Of a stretch of DNA of 64,000 nt, positions 48,380 through 61,599 are shown one piece after another. The first letter of the stretch is position 1; each line of letters opens with the position of its first letter. The DNA lies in the NCBI RefSeq assembly GCF_030028105.1, contig NC_092374.1, positions 178,646,057 through 178,710,056 on the forward strand, in the 5' to 3' direction. The notes beneath the pieces were generated by a model. The model ran no database searches, was not told where the DNA came from, and was given only the letters and a program-made list of their open reading frames with translations. Both the position numbers and the translations under genes were made by a program. This stretch comes from Mobula birostris (lineage: Eukaryota).

Positions 48380-49035
48380 CTCCTTTAACCCCTTGGAATT
48401 CTCCCTGGGTGGTTTGGTTTCCTCTCTCTCATCCCAATGATGCACAGGTAGCTGCATTAATTGTCAACTGTAAATTGCCGCTAGTGTCTGGGTGATGGGC
48501 AGAATCTGAGCAGAAGACTGTGATAACATGGAGAGAATGAAATAAAAATATAGGACTAGTAAAACTTGTTGCTTTCTAGGCAGTGTGGACACTGGGCTGG
48601 ATAGCCCGTTTCTATGCTGTGTAACTTTGTTGTTGTTTTGCTTTTCAAACAGGCACTCAACTTAGTTGTATCAGTTGGTTCTTTTTGCACAATTAGACTG
48701 TTAACTCCCTGTTGTTTTCTGGCACACGGACGTAGACTTATACGGCACAGAACTAGACCCTTTGACCCACCAAGTTTATGATGGCTATCAACCACCCATT
48801 AGCTCAAATTCTACACTGATCCCATTTGTTTGTCACACATTTCAATAATTTCCCCCAATTCCCACACATTAGAGATGATTTACAGCAGTCAATTTACCTC
48901 CTAATCTGTCTTGCCTTTGGAATGAGGAGAGAAAACTGAAGCACTTGTGGGAGTCAAAGAAGGAATTTGCAAACTCCTCACAGACAGCACCAGAAGTCAT
49001 TTCAAAGTTAGGTCTCTGATGCTATGAGGCAGTGA
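48380..49035. mobile_element. Degenerate V-SINEs (+ at about 48380-48550, - at about 48840-49035)
   Basis: V-core remnants as at 36380-36750. Confidence 0.55.
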
Positions 49036-49699
49036 CTCTCTCTTCTGCATCATTTTGCTGAATGAGAGTGTTTTCTGATGGTTGCACACAGAGCGACTGG
49101 TTGACATTGGGCAGCAGAGTGGCTGGAGACAAAGCAGGAGTGAAGTGTGGGAGGTAGGGAGTGTGGTTCATTTCATGAGTGAGAGCAGTAGTGGAAAGTG
49201 AGTGGTACAGGAGTGAGGGTGACATGTTCAGGACTGAGGGTGAGTGGTGCAGAGTGAAGGAGGCAAAGCGTGATGGTGCAGGAATGAGGGTAACAGTGAG
49301 GAGTGTGGGTGAACATTGAGGGCAAGGATGACAGGAGACTGAGATCTACCGGAGAGTGAGGCATCTGAGGTATACGAGAGTGAAGGATATACACTTCAAT
49401 GTAAATTTATTATCTAAACTATATAAACTACATATGATGTTACCATATACTACCTCCGGATTCCTTTTCTTGCAGGCATGTAAAGGGAACAAAGAAATAC
49501 AATTAAAAAAATAAACAAAATCTGACAATCAACCACTGTGGAAAAGAAAACAAACTATAAGTACAAATATGAGTTGTAAAGAGTCCTTGAAAGTGAGTCT
49601 GGAGCTTATGGAATTAGTTCAGAGTCATGGTGAATGAAGTTATCATGCCAGTTTAGAGGAGCTGTTGGTTGTAGGGCAATAACTGCTTCTGATCTTCTA

Positions 49700-51290
49700 A
49701 TGTGAAGTCTCGCTCCCTCCGGATGAACCGGACCTGGTGGCATCGAGATTCATCGTCACCGAGGAGGACGTTAGAAGGCCCTTCCTGAAGATAAATCCAA
49801 GGAAGGCGACGGGCCCAGATGGCATCCCAGGACAGGTTCTCCAGGCCTGTGCAAGTGAGCTAGCTGGAACGTTTACTGACATTTTCAACTGTTCCTTGCT
49901 TCAGTCTAAGATCTCCTCCTGTTTCAAGAAGGCAACGACAATCCCAGTGCCGAAGAAGAACAAGGTGGCATGCCTGAATGACTATCGACCTGTGGCTCTG
50001 ACATCAATTGCTATGAAGTGCTTCGAGAGATTGGTTATGGCACACATAACCACAGCCTACTGGTAAACCTCGACGCTTTGTAATTTGCCTACCGAAGCAA
50101 CAGGTCAATGGCAGATGCCATCTCTCTGGCCCTACATTCCTCCTTAGAACACCTGGAGAATAAAGACACATATGTAAGGCTCCTTTTCATTGACTACAGC
50201 TCTGCCTTTAATACCATCATTCCAAATAAACTGATTCCTAAGCTCCGGAACCTGGACCTTAGCACTCAGATCTGCAGCTGGATCTTCAACTTCCTCATAG
50301 ATAGGACCAGGCTGTAAAAATAGGGGATAAGCTCTCCTCTACAATCATTCTGAGCACTAGTGCCCCACGAGGATGTGTACTCAGCCTCCTGCTGTACTCA
50401 CTGTACACCCATGATTGTGTAGCCAAGTTTCCATCAAGCTCAATATATAAGTTTGCTGATGACACAACAATTGTAGGCCGTATCTCGGATAATGATGAGT
50501 TTGAGTACAGAGAGGAAATTAAGAACCTGGTGGCATGGTGCGAAGACAATAACCTATCCCTCAACATCAGCAAGACGAAGGAATTGGTAGTTGACTTCAG
50601 AAGGAGTAGCGGACCGCACGACCCAATTTACATCGGTGGTACGCAAGTGGAACAGGTCAAAAGCTTTACATTCCTCGGGGTCAATGTCACAAATGACCTG
50701 ACTTGGTCCAACCAAGCAGAGTTCACTGCCAAGAAGGCCCAACAGTGCCTTTACTTTCTCAGAAATCTAAAGAAATTTGGCCTGTCCCCTAAAACCCTCA
50801 CTAGTTTTTATAGATGCACTGTAGAAAGCATTCTTCTAGGATGCATCACAACCTGGTATGGAAGTTATCCTGTCCAAAACCGAAAGAAGCTGCAGAAGAT
50901 TGTGAACATGGTATAGCACATCACACAAAACAATCTTCCGTCTGTGGACTCACTTTTCACCGCACGCTGTCGGAGCAGTGCTGCCAGGATAATCAAGGAC
51001 ATGACCCAGCCAGCCAACAGACTTTTCGTCCCTCTTCCCTCCGGGAGAAGGCTCAGGAGCTTGAAGACTCGTATAGTCAGATTTGGGAACAGCTTCTTTC
51101 CAACTGTGATAAGACTGCTGAACGGATCCTCCAAATATCCGGACCTGCCTCTCAGCTTTTTTGTACTACCTTACTTTCCATTTTTCTATTTTCTATTTAT
51201 GATATATAATTTAAATTTTTAATATTTACTAATTGTTTCTATTTTTAATATTTAATATTTGTGATCCAGGGAGTGGGAAGTGCAGAATCA
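49700..51290 (+). mobile_element. Rex1/Babar-like LINE, RT and 3' end
   Basis: [50 protein letters not shown] motifs. Confidence 0.92.
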
Positions 51291-52894
51291 AATATCGCTG
51301 TTATGATTATACGTTCTAATACCATTTGCTTGGCAACAATAAAGTATAAAAAAAAGGTGTCTGTACATCGTGCCGAACAGTAGTCATGAGACAATTGGAT
51401 GGTAGGTGTATTTGAAGATAGATATGCTTCATTGTAGCAGCTCTCCATGTAAATGTACTGTAATGGGCTGGTCTGTATCTACCACTTTCAGTTGACTTTA
51501 AAGCTACCGACCCTCTTCACCTCTGGTCATCTAATAAGGACCGACTTGTGAACCTCATGCTTCTTCCTCCTGTAGTTAATAATAAGCTCTTTGGTTTTAC
51601 TGATGTTGAGTGAGAGGTTGCTATTGTTCCACCAGCTCCCAAATCAATCCTTGCCTTTCCAATTGTAAATAAATCCTGTTTCTTGGATTTTTTTTCAATG
51701 ATTTCCCTACAACTGAGATAACGGCCATCAGCCTCTATTTACTTTGCACATTCCTGGTGCTTTACTTAGATAAAATAACATTACTTATACTCCAGCCCTC
51801 TGCTGCTTCACCCGTGGCTAACGAAAATGAAAAATTCTCCACTTTGGCCCTAACTAACTCTTCCTTTGCTTTCTCTAGCATCTGAGGATAGACCTCATCT
51901 GCCTGTGGAATGCATCCACCCTAAGGCATTTCAAGAGATCAAACACTTCCTCCTGAACACTGACACGTTCCAGAATATCAATATACCACATCCTGAACTC
52001 ACTATCTTCTACATCTTTCTCCTTGGTAATTGGTAAATGGTAATTAGTAATTGGTTTATTATCATATGTACTGAGATGTATTGAAACACATTTCCTTGTG
52101 TGCCATCCAGACAGGTCACGTCATTGAAGATTGTACATGTTACTACAAAGGAGAAGAGTGCAGAATATAGAGCAATGTTACAGTTGTGAAGAAAGGGTGT
52201 TACAGTTACAAACAAAGTGCACTACAGGTCAACAAATAAAGTGCATGGTTGTGGCAAGGTAGACTGAAGGATCTAGAGATCACCTTCAGCTGTTTTAGAT
52301 TCCCATAACAGTGGGTTATAATCTGTCTAATAGGAGAATGGAGACGAGAGAATGGCCATTTTGGGAGGGATATTTAAACATTTGTTGGCTTCTTTCCTGA
52401 GGCAGTGAGACTGATTTTATTGATGGATTGGCCTATTTACAACTCGCTGCAATTTCTTGCAGTCTTGGGCAGAGCAATTACAATACCAACTTAATAAAGA
52501 AATTAGGAAGACAAAAGAGGCTCTGGGCAGGAGAGGTTAGGGAAGAATTAGAATGCTTTCTATGGTCCTGTAAAAATTGGCCATGGGGACATGATGAATT
52601 TAGTGTATACAGACAAGGAAGCATTCATTTTCAACCCTAGGAACATCCCTAGGCTGCACACATAGGATATCTCTTTGGCCTTTAAAGGAATATTCTTTAC
52701 CTAGTTTCATGTTTGCTTCTAATATATTGTCATGGGATTCTCCTTAATCTTTCCTGCCCAGAGCCTCTTTTGTCCTCCCAATTTCTTTATTAAGTTTCCT
52801 CCTACAATCTTGATATTCCTCAAGGAACTCACTTGTATTCAGATGTCTTTTCCTATCACATACCTTTTTTCATCAAACATTTAATATTTAATAT

Positions 52895-53086
52895 CCCCTT
52901 TCTGGATCTTTCTGTCTCTATCTCTGGAGACAGCTTATCCATTTTCGACACCTCCCTCCAGTTTCTGGATCTTTCTGTCTCTATCTTTGGAGACAGCTTA
53001 TCTACTGATGTCTACTATAAGCCTACGGACTCTCACAGCTACCTGGACTATTCCTCTTTTCACCCTGTCTCTTGCAAAAATGCCAT
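52895..53086 (+). mobile_element. Penelope element, left part (RT C-terminus), split by the L1
   Basis: FLDLSVSI.GDSL (tandemly duplicated), TDVYYKPTDSHSYLDYSSFHPVSCKNAI; continues at 60102. Confidence 0.9.
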
Positions 53087-56000
53087 TTCATTTCTAAATC
53101 TTTTTATTAATATATAATCTTTTACAGCTATGAAATACAGATATTCAACAAATTAGTGTATATATATAATTAATAATGCTGAAGAAAAAAGAACATATAT
53201 ATGCTAATGAAAAATAAAATTATGAAAGAAAAAGAAGGAAAAAAGGGAAACACAGCTAAGTAAAAAACACCCACTAACTATAAAAAAAAGAGGAAAAAAA
53301 ACCCATTAGGAACCAACTCCCGGAGAGATATATCTTACAATCATATATAAATAAAAGAAGAAAAGGAAAACAACAACTGCAAAATCACATTTATATAACA
53401 TAAAATTGGAAGGAAACCATGTAAATTGATTCAAATTAAATGATAATATTTAGCAAAAGAGCCCCACCTTCTTTCAAAATCAAATCAGGGATCAAAAGTT
53501 CTACTTCTAATTTTTTCCAAACTAAGACATAACATTACTTGGGAAAACTATTGAGTTAGTGTAAGAGCAGAGGTATCTTTCTACTTCAATAAAGTAGCTC
53601 TTCTTGCCAACAATGTAACAAATGCAATTACATGTTGGTTTGAAAATGAAATACCCTGAATATGATGCAGAACTATTCCAAATAGAACAGTCAATACATT
53701 AGGTTGTAAATTGATTTTCAAAGATTTAGAAATTGTAGAAAATAAAGATTTCCAAAAAGATTTCAACGAGGGACATGACAAGAACATATGTGACAAAGTA
53801 GATACTTCATTTTTGCACCTATCACGATAATTATCTATATTAGGGAATATTTTGCATAGTCTTTCCTTTGTTAACTAATAGCGATGAACAACTTTAAGCT
53901 GAATTAAAGAATGATTGGCACATATCGAAGAAGAATTAACCATTTTCAAAACTCGCAACCAGTCTTCATTAACAAAAGTCATGTTAAGTTCTCTCTCCCA
54001 ATCTTGTTTAATCTTTAGTGAGAGGTTATCTTTTTGTAGTAAAAATAAATGATAAATTCTACTAATGGAACCTCTCACTGAGGGATTCATATTCAAAATA
54101 GTGTCCATCAAATCAGATTCTTGCATATATGGAAACATAGAAACATATTTTGTGAAAAATATATATTTTACCTGTATATATTGCAAGAAATGTGTGTGAG
54201 AGAGAGAATATTTGCTAATTAACTCTTCAAAAGACATCAGTCGACCCTCAGTAAATAAATCTGCAAAAGAACAAATCCCCTTATTTCTCCATAAAAGAAA
54301 GATACGATCAGTAATTGAATGTTTAAACAGCAAATTTCGAAATACAGGACTAGACAATTTAAATTGTTTAGAATTAAAAGAGTTGCGAAACTGAAGCCAA
54401 ATCCATAAGGACTGTTTAATAACAGGGTTGAAATTTAAATTAGAAATTTTAGCAAGTTGTAAACTTAATGGAGCTCCTAATACTGAAGTTAAATTAAATT
54501 GATTTATAGCTTTAAATTCTAAATCAATCCAACTGGTTTTTGGTTCTTATCGAGCCAATGTAACCAAAAATATAATTGTTGAATATTAACAGTCCAATAA
54601 TACAAACTTAAATTCGGTAGCGCAACTCCACCTTCTTTTTTAGATTTTTGTAAATGAAACTTATTAACTCTTGGTTTTTATTATTCCAAATAAAGGACAA
54701 AATAGTAGAATCAATTTGATCAAAAAAATTTTTGGTTAGGAAGATAGGTATATTTTGAAAAATATATAAAAATCTAGGTAAAATAATCATTTTCATGGCA
54801 TGAATACGGCCTATTGAAGAAAGTCTAAGAGGATTCCATCTAGAAAATAATTGCTTTATAGAGTCCAATAAAGGAACTACATTAGCTTTATAAAGATCTT
54901 TATAATTTCTTGTAATGATAATACCCAAATATTTAAAAGAATTCACAACTCTAAATGGAATATCCTTATTTATAAAAACAGGAACATTTAAAGGGTACAA
55001 TTCACTTTTATTTAAATTAAGTTTATATCCTGAAAATTTTCCAAAATCATTTAATAATTCCAAAAAATTAGGAATAGATTCTTCAGGATTCGAGATATAA
55101 ACCAAAAGATTATCTGCATAGAGAGAAATCTTATGTACGGTCCCATTTATAGAAATACCATGAATATTGTTAGCTTCGCAAATTGTTATAGCCAAAGGCT
55201 CCAATGCGAGATTAAATAATAAAGGACTTAACGGACACCCTTGTCGAGTACCTCGTGAAAGTAATAAAAAGGGAGACCTAAGATTATTAGTAATGATAGT
55301 AGCAATAGGGTTCTTATAGATCATTTGAATCGACTTATTAAAATTATTACCAAAGCCAAATCTCTCTAATACATTAAACAAATAAGTCCATTCAACTCTA
55401 TCAAATGCCTTTTCTGCATTCAGAGAAATAACACATTGGGGAGTTTTGGTTAATGGTGAATATATAATATTCATCAATCTCCGAACATTAGAATAAGAGT
55501 AACAGCCTCTCATAAAGCCTGTTTGATCCATAGAGATACTTTTAGATAAAGTGTTTTCCAAACGTTTAGCCATTATCTTGGTAAGAATTTTAGCATCCAC
55601 ATTTAATAGCGAAATAACTCTATAAGATGAGCATTCAGTAGGATCGTTATCTTTCTTAAGGATTGAAGAAACAGAAACTTCATAAAAAGAAGAGGGTAAA
55701 TTACCTTCCTCAAAAGCTTCATGAAATATTTCCAAATGGTATGGAGAAAGTAATTTTTCAAATTTTTTGTAAAATCCTACCGAATAACCATCAAGTCCAG
55801 GAGCTTTACCTGATTGCATTGACCATATAGCTTTCTGAATTTCATGCTCAACAATTGGAGCATCAAGGGTCTGTTGATCTTCAGCAGTATTTTGAGGAAA
55901 TTTAATCTTATATAAAAAAAAAGCTTTCATTTTAGAGGGATCTGCTGGAAACTGAGATTTATAAAGATCAGAATAAAAATCCTGAAAGATATTATTAATA

Positions 56001-57147
56001 TCATAATTACTTACTATATCTCCAGTATCTTTACGAACCTTTAAAATTTGTCTTTTAGCTTTAGCAGCCCATAATTGGGAAACTAATAGCCTATTATTTT
56101 TATCCCCAAAAATATAAAACTGACTTTTTAATTTAAGCAAATATCCTTCATTAGGATGAGTTAATAATAAAGTATATTGTGATTGTAGTTCCACTCTTCT
56201 TTTAAATAATTTAACGTTTGGAAAAATTGCCTTGAGATTATCTAATTCTTTAATTTGTTTAGCAATTTTGCCTAATTCTATTTTGTCTGTTTCTTCAACT
56301 TAGCTAAATAAGAAATAATCTGATCACATAAATAAGCTTTTAACGTATCCCAGATTACTAACTTTGAGACGTTTCCTGTATTATTAAACTGAAAAAACTC
56401 TTTTGTCTGAGTTTTAATAAACTCAACAAAATCTGAACTTTGTAACAAATATTCTGGAGAACGCCAGGGTGGTCTTGTAGAAACAACATCTTACAAATCA
56501 AATATTAAATTTAAAGGAGTATGATGAGAAATAACAATTGTATCGTATTCACACTTCTGAACATTAAGTAAAAGTCGAAGGTCGGCTATAAAACAGTCGA
56601 TTCACAAATATTTATTATGAACTTGTGAAAAAAAGGAATATTCTCTAAGGATGCATATATCTCCAGACTTCGATTAAACCATAATCAATTAAAAAGAAAT
56701 TAATAAGTGATGCAGAATGATTAGGGAGTTGATGTCTATAGATGATGATTTATCTAACAAGGGATTTAAGCAAATATTAAAATCTTCACCCATTAATAAC
56801 ATATATTCATTTAAATCAGGTAATAGAGCAAAAGTATTTTTTTAAAAATGAAGGATCAACAGTATTTGGTCCATATATTAACCAAAACCATTTTCTTATT
56901 GTAAATGGTTCCTTTAACAATCAAAAATCTACCATTAATATCAGGTATAATATCCTCCTGATTAAAGGGAATACTGGAAACAATAAAAATAGAAACACCC
57001 CTAATCTTACTTTGAGAGTTTGCGTGAATCTGAGGGTTCTTTCAAAATTTAAAAGATCGATTGTTATCACATAACCTGACATGAGTCTCTTGTACAAAAA
57101 TTATATCAGGTTGGAATCGATTAATAATTTTAAATGTATTCTTATGC

Positions 57148-58447
57148 TGTTATGTAACTGACAACAATGAATATCAATCGAGACAGGTTATATAAAAACA
57201 ACCATTCATTTATTAAACACAGATAAATGATAAAAAAAACAAACAAAAACTTTAACCAGAAGTTAACCGTTATGCAGCCGTTCAACAAATCGTCACTCAG
57301 CACTGGTTCTTAAAGCGTTAGATGCGAAAACAGTTCTTAAAGTGATAAAGTTGATATAGTTCTTAAAATGGTAAATTCGAAAGTGCAACAGGTTTATACG
57401 TTCAATTGGGAGAGACTTCTCTGGAGAAGGATTTCTTCACAGACGCGACTTTCCTGCTGGTTCTGTCGAAAGGGTTCACGATGCAGTAAATAAACAGTTT
57501 AAAACAACTGACCTTAAATTCTTTTAGAGAGTGCAAACCTTTGTATGAACTCTTTGCTCTTTTGGCAAGAGTTATCTCGATGCAGGTCGCTACTCCTTCA
57601 ACAAAGACTCAATAAGGTCGATCCTTTATTAAACTGCCGAATGATGCCAACTCCTCTTGATCCTTTAGTCCTGTGCTTCGATAAAGTCTTCAATCTCCCT
57701 TCTACTGCTGGAATAGGGTAAATCAGCACATCTAGCCAAAAATTTCCAGTCCAATAATATTGTATCTTACAACAGAACGCACAACCGTTTCAAAAATGAA
57801 ACTGCGTCACAAAAACAAACACGTAACAGAAATGGAGACACAGCACATTCTACCAGGAAATCTACAAACTAAAAAAGTATAGAAGAATGAGAGGGGATCT
57901 CATAGAAACGTTTCGAATGTTGAAAGGGTTGGACAGAGTAGATGTGGAAAGGCTATTTCCCTTGGTGGGTGAGTCCAGGACAAGAGGCCATAGTCTTAGA
58001 ATTAGAGGGTACCCAGTTAAAACAGAGATGAGGAGAAATTTTTTGAGCCAGAGGGTCATGGATTTGTGGAATTCGTTGCCACATATGGCCCTGGAGGCCT
58101 GATCATTGAGGGTGTTTAAGGAGGAGATTGACAGGTATCTAATTAGTCAGGGTATCAAGAGATATGGGGAAAAAGCTGGAAATTGGAACTAGATGGATGA
58201 ATAGTTTAGCTCATGGGGGAGCTGCGGAGCAGACTCAATGGGCCGAATGGCCTACTTCTGCTCCTTTGTCTTGTAATTGTGTGAAAAAACTAACTGTGCC
58301 ACCTGGGGTCTACCCTTATATACCCATGGTACACATGTCATTACGTGACCTCACATCGGCGGGAAAATTACATCAGGTGAACTCCAAAAGACCATTACTT
58401 CATCCTCACAAAAAAAATAATCACAGATCTCCTTGAGGCATGCAACA
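57148..58447 (-). mobile_element. Solo LTR (about 890 bp excluding the nested CR1)
   Basis: TGTT...AACA termini; 4-bp TSD ATGC/ACGC (one CpG transition); minus-strand AATAAA near the end; removing it restores L1 HP.KRKNTFK. Confidence 0.75.
57880..58282 (+). mobile_element. CR1 3' fragment nested in the solo LTR
   Basis: ORF 57887..58102 RGDLIETFRMLKGLDRVD...RGHSLRIRG plus 3' UTR. Confidence 0.9.
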
Positions 58448-59252
58448 ACGCTTAAGGGTGACTCCAACCACGGACATTCCAACTTAAAACATTTAACTGT
58501 TTAACTAACATCATGAAACTTTATATCTAAAGAAAACAGTTAAACACATGTCAAGACAAAGAAATTTTAAGTGGCGGTGATAAACGACAATGATAATAAA
58601 TTGTATACGCTCCGGAATTCCATAATGGGAATAAAAAGTAGAAATTAAAAAAGAAAAAAACCCACCCAACCTACAAAGCCCAGAAATAAGTCGATATTAA
58701 TCGACGCAAGCCCCCAAAAAATGCATAGAAGCAATCCTGAACCCCACCTGCCTAAGTAAAAGGTACAAAAAAAAGTAATCTGTCTCCCTCTCACGGATAT
58801 ACGACTCATTACAGTCGACATACAATCCATTTTAATTAAATTAGAAAAAACAGTTAACAGAAACGGCCTTCAATTTAGAAAGTAACCTTCATAACGTTGG
58901 ATAAGAAAAAAAAGCACTTCCAAAACAATTTCTTGAAATATTTGCAGAGAAGGGAAAACATCTCCATCTTTAAATTTTTACATCTAACTATGAAACGTAA
59001 AAAAAGCAAAAAGCAAAAAGAAACAATTAAATCATATATATAGCAAACAGAAAGAAATTCTAAATGGTTTAAAATTTCAACAGTCTTCCATTAGATTCCA
59101 TAAAATATCTTCCAAAGTTAAAACCGTCCAAACCAGTCTATTTGAAAGATAAAGGTACTTTTTAATGCCAAGAGTTTCTGTACTTCTCAATTCTTCCGAT
59201 CTCATCATTTCTTATATCGCAAAACGATCGAATAATTGAAGTCTTTTAAACT

Positions 59253-59973
59253 TCATGCTTCGGACTCATCCGGGAGAGAATTAATAAAACGCAGTGCATC
59301 GGCTGGATCTTCAAAGATGCGAACCCCAGAGTCTTTAGCGAAAAGCCTTAATTTAGCTGGATAAAGAAGGAAGGGATGCATCTGGTTTTGAAAGGCCATT
59401 CGCATTACGGTCGCGAATCCAGAAGGTTGTTGAACAACTTCGCGTGGAAAATCTTAAAAGAAACGGATCAGAGAGCCTTGAAATTTGAACAGTCTTTGTT
59501 TTCTTGCCAGTTTAATAATACGGTCTTTGTCTCGAATACGGAGGAAACACACAATAACATGTCTGTCTTTACCTTCCCTCGGAACTTCAACTCTGTGGGC
59601 TACCTCGATGTCGGGCAATTGTGAAAATGCCTCAGGAAATAGAGATTGAAACATTTTAGCGAAATAGTCCAGTATGTCGGCAGATTCTGATCTCTCTTTC
59701 AATCCAATAATTCCAATGTTATAACGACGAGAACGAGCTTCCAAATATCAGCCGCATTACGGGTTACTTCTTTAAGATCCGAGCTGAAAGAGTCAATTTT
59801 TCCCTCCGAAGGAAGAAGACTTTCTTTTAGTTGAGCTAATTCAGCGACGATAGAGCTCCTTCGACTCTCTATTCTATTAACCCAGGCTGGCTCTTCAGAA
59901 GCTTCGTCAGTTTTTTTTAGATTTACCATTACCTGGATCGCGAATTTTTTTTAGTGCTTCTCAAGGTAGCCAT
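59253..59973 (-). pseudogene. L1 ORF1 (coiled coil + RRM + CTD), frameshifted
   Basis: LEARSRRYNIGIIGLKE...IEVAHRV...RHVIVCFLR...YPAKLRL motifs. Confidence 0.9.
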
Positions 59974-60101
59974 AATTATAATTAACACTCTGAAAGATCC
60001 GACTGAATAAAGTTAAAATTTCAAAGTTTAAGTCGGGAAAGGGAGAAATTAAAGGCAGACAGAAAGACACTACTTACATGTCCACAGGCAGAAGGCGGAG
60101 T

Positions 60102-61270
60102 CAAAAATGCCATCCCCTTCTCGCAATTCCTCCGTCTCCGCCGCATCTGCTCTCAGGATGAAGCTTTTCATTCCAGGACGAAGGCGATGTCCTCCTTTTT
60201 TTAAAGAAAGGGGCTTCCTTTCCTCCACCATCAACTCTGCTCTCAAACGCATCTCTCCCACTTCAGGTACATCTGCTCTCACTTCATCCTCCCGCTATCC
60301 CACTAGGAATAGGGTTCCCCTGGTCCTCACCTACCACCCCACCAGCCTCCTCGTCCAACATATTATTCCCCGTAGTTTGCGCCACCTCCAACGGGATCCC
60401 ACCACTAAGCACATCTTTCCCTCCCACCCCGCCCCCCCCCCACCGCTTTCCGCAGGGATCGCTCCCTACGAGACTCCTTTGTCCATTCGTCTCCCCCATC
60501 CCTTCCCACCGATCTCTCTCCCGGCACTTATCCTTGTAAGCGGAATAAGTGCTACACATGCCCTTGCACTTCCTCCCTTACCACCATTCAGGGCCCCAGA
60601 CAGTCCTTCCAGGTGAGGCGACACTTCACCTGTGAGTCGGCTGGGGTGATACACTGTGTCCGGTGTTCCCGATGCGGCCTTCTATATATTGACGAGACCC
60701 GACGCAGACTGGGAGACCATTTCGCTGAACACCTACGCTCTTTCTGCCAGAGAAAGCAGGATCTCCCAGTGGCCAGACATTTTACTTCCACGTCCCATTC
60801 CCATTCTGATATGTCTATCCACGGCCTCCTCTACTGTCAAGATGAAGCCACACTCAGGTTGGAGGAACAACACCTTATATTCCGTCTGGATAGCCTCCAA
60901 CCTGACGGCATGAACATTGATATATATATTTTTATCTCCCGCTCCTTTTTCTCCCTCTGTCCCTCTCACTATACCCCTTGCCCATCCTCTGGTCTTCCCC
61001 CCTCCCCCTTTCTTTCTCCCTAGGCCTTCTGTCCCATGATCCTCTCATATGCCTTTTGCCAATCAACTTTCCAGCTCTTGGCTCCATCCCTCCCCCTCCT
61101 GTCCTGTCCTAGCATTTTGGATCTGCCCTTCCCCCTCCCACTTTCAAATCTCTTACTATCTCTTCTTTCTGTTAGTCCTGACGAAGGGTCTCAACCCGCA
61201 ACTTCGACTGTACCTCTTCGTATAGATACTGCCTGGTCTGCTGCGTTCACCAGCAATTTCTGTGTGTTGT
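60102..61270 (+). mobile_element. Penelope element, right part with GIY-YIG
   Basis: KNAIPFSQFLRLRRICS, PLVLTYHP, VIHCVRCSRCGLLYIDET, LEEQHLIFRL; conserved 3' tail. Confidence 0.92.
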
Positions 61271-61599
61271 TTAATATCCCCTGTTCCCTGGAGTTTTCGT
61301 CCTTGCCTTTCTCTGTATCTCTCTTGTACTCTGTATCCTCACTTGTCAGGTGTCATTTAACTTGCAAGAATTTCTGCCAATCTACTATTCAGACATCCCC
61401 ACTTATATTATTCTGATCAAACTTCTACCAATTTAGGACAGGATATCAGTCGTGGTTGAAACCTGGAAAGTATGGCACACTGAGGAAGGGGGAAGAATGT
61501 GGCAGGGTGGGTTGTGGGAAAGGGACTGCAATAGGAGGAAGAACACCCGAAGGATGGTGAAGGGAGAACCCACTGGAGAGTGCAAGAGGTCAGGGAGGG

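Larger units (their letters stand above)
53431..58514 (-). pseudogene. L1 ORF2 (APE, RT, C-terminal domain), interrupted by a solo LTR
   Basis: SWNVRG..HP|...DIIFVQETH; ORF 54608..56194 GTRQGCPLSPLLF, YADN; frameshifts and stops. Confidence 0.9.
53087..60101 (-). mobile_element. Full-length fish-type L1 flanked by 12-bp TSD CAAAAATGCCAT
   Basis: TSD at 53075-53086 and 60102-60113; contains 5' UTR, ORF1, long spacer, ORF2 and aataaaaagattt 3' end. Confidence 0.92.

Noticed and set aside
57148-57828. 681-bp LTR without TSD (TGTTATGT...ACGTAACA)
   Set aside because: Extending the element to 58447 gives a proper TSD and restores the L1 frame, so the shorter call and any inter-LTR recombination idea were dropped.
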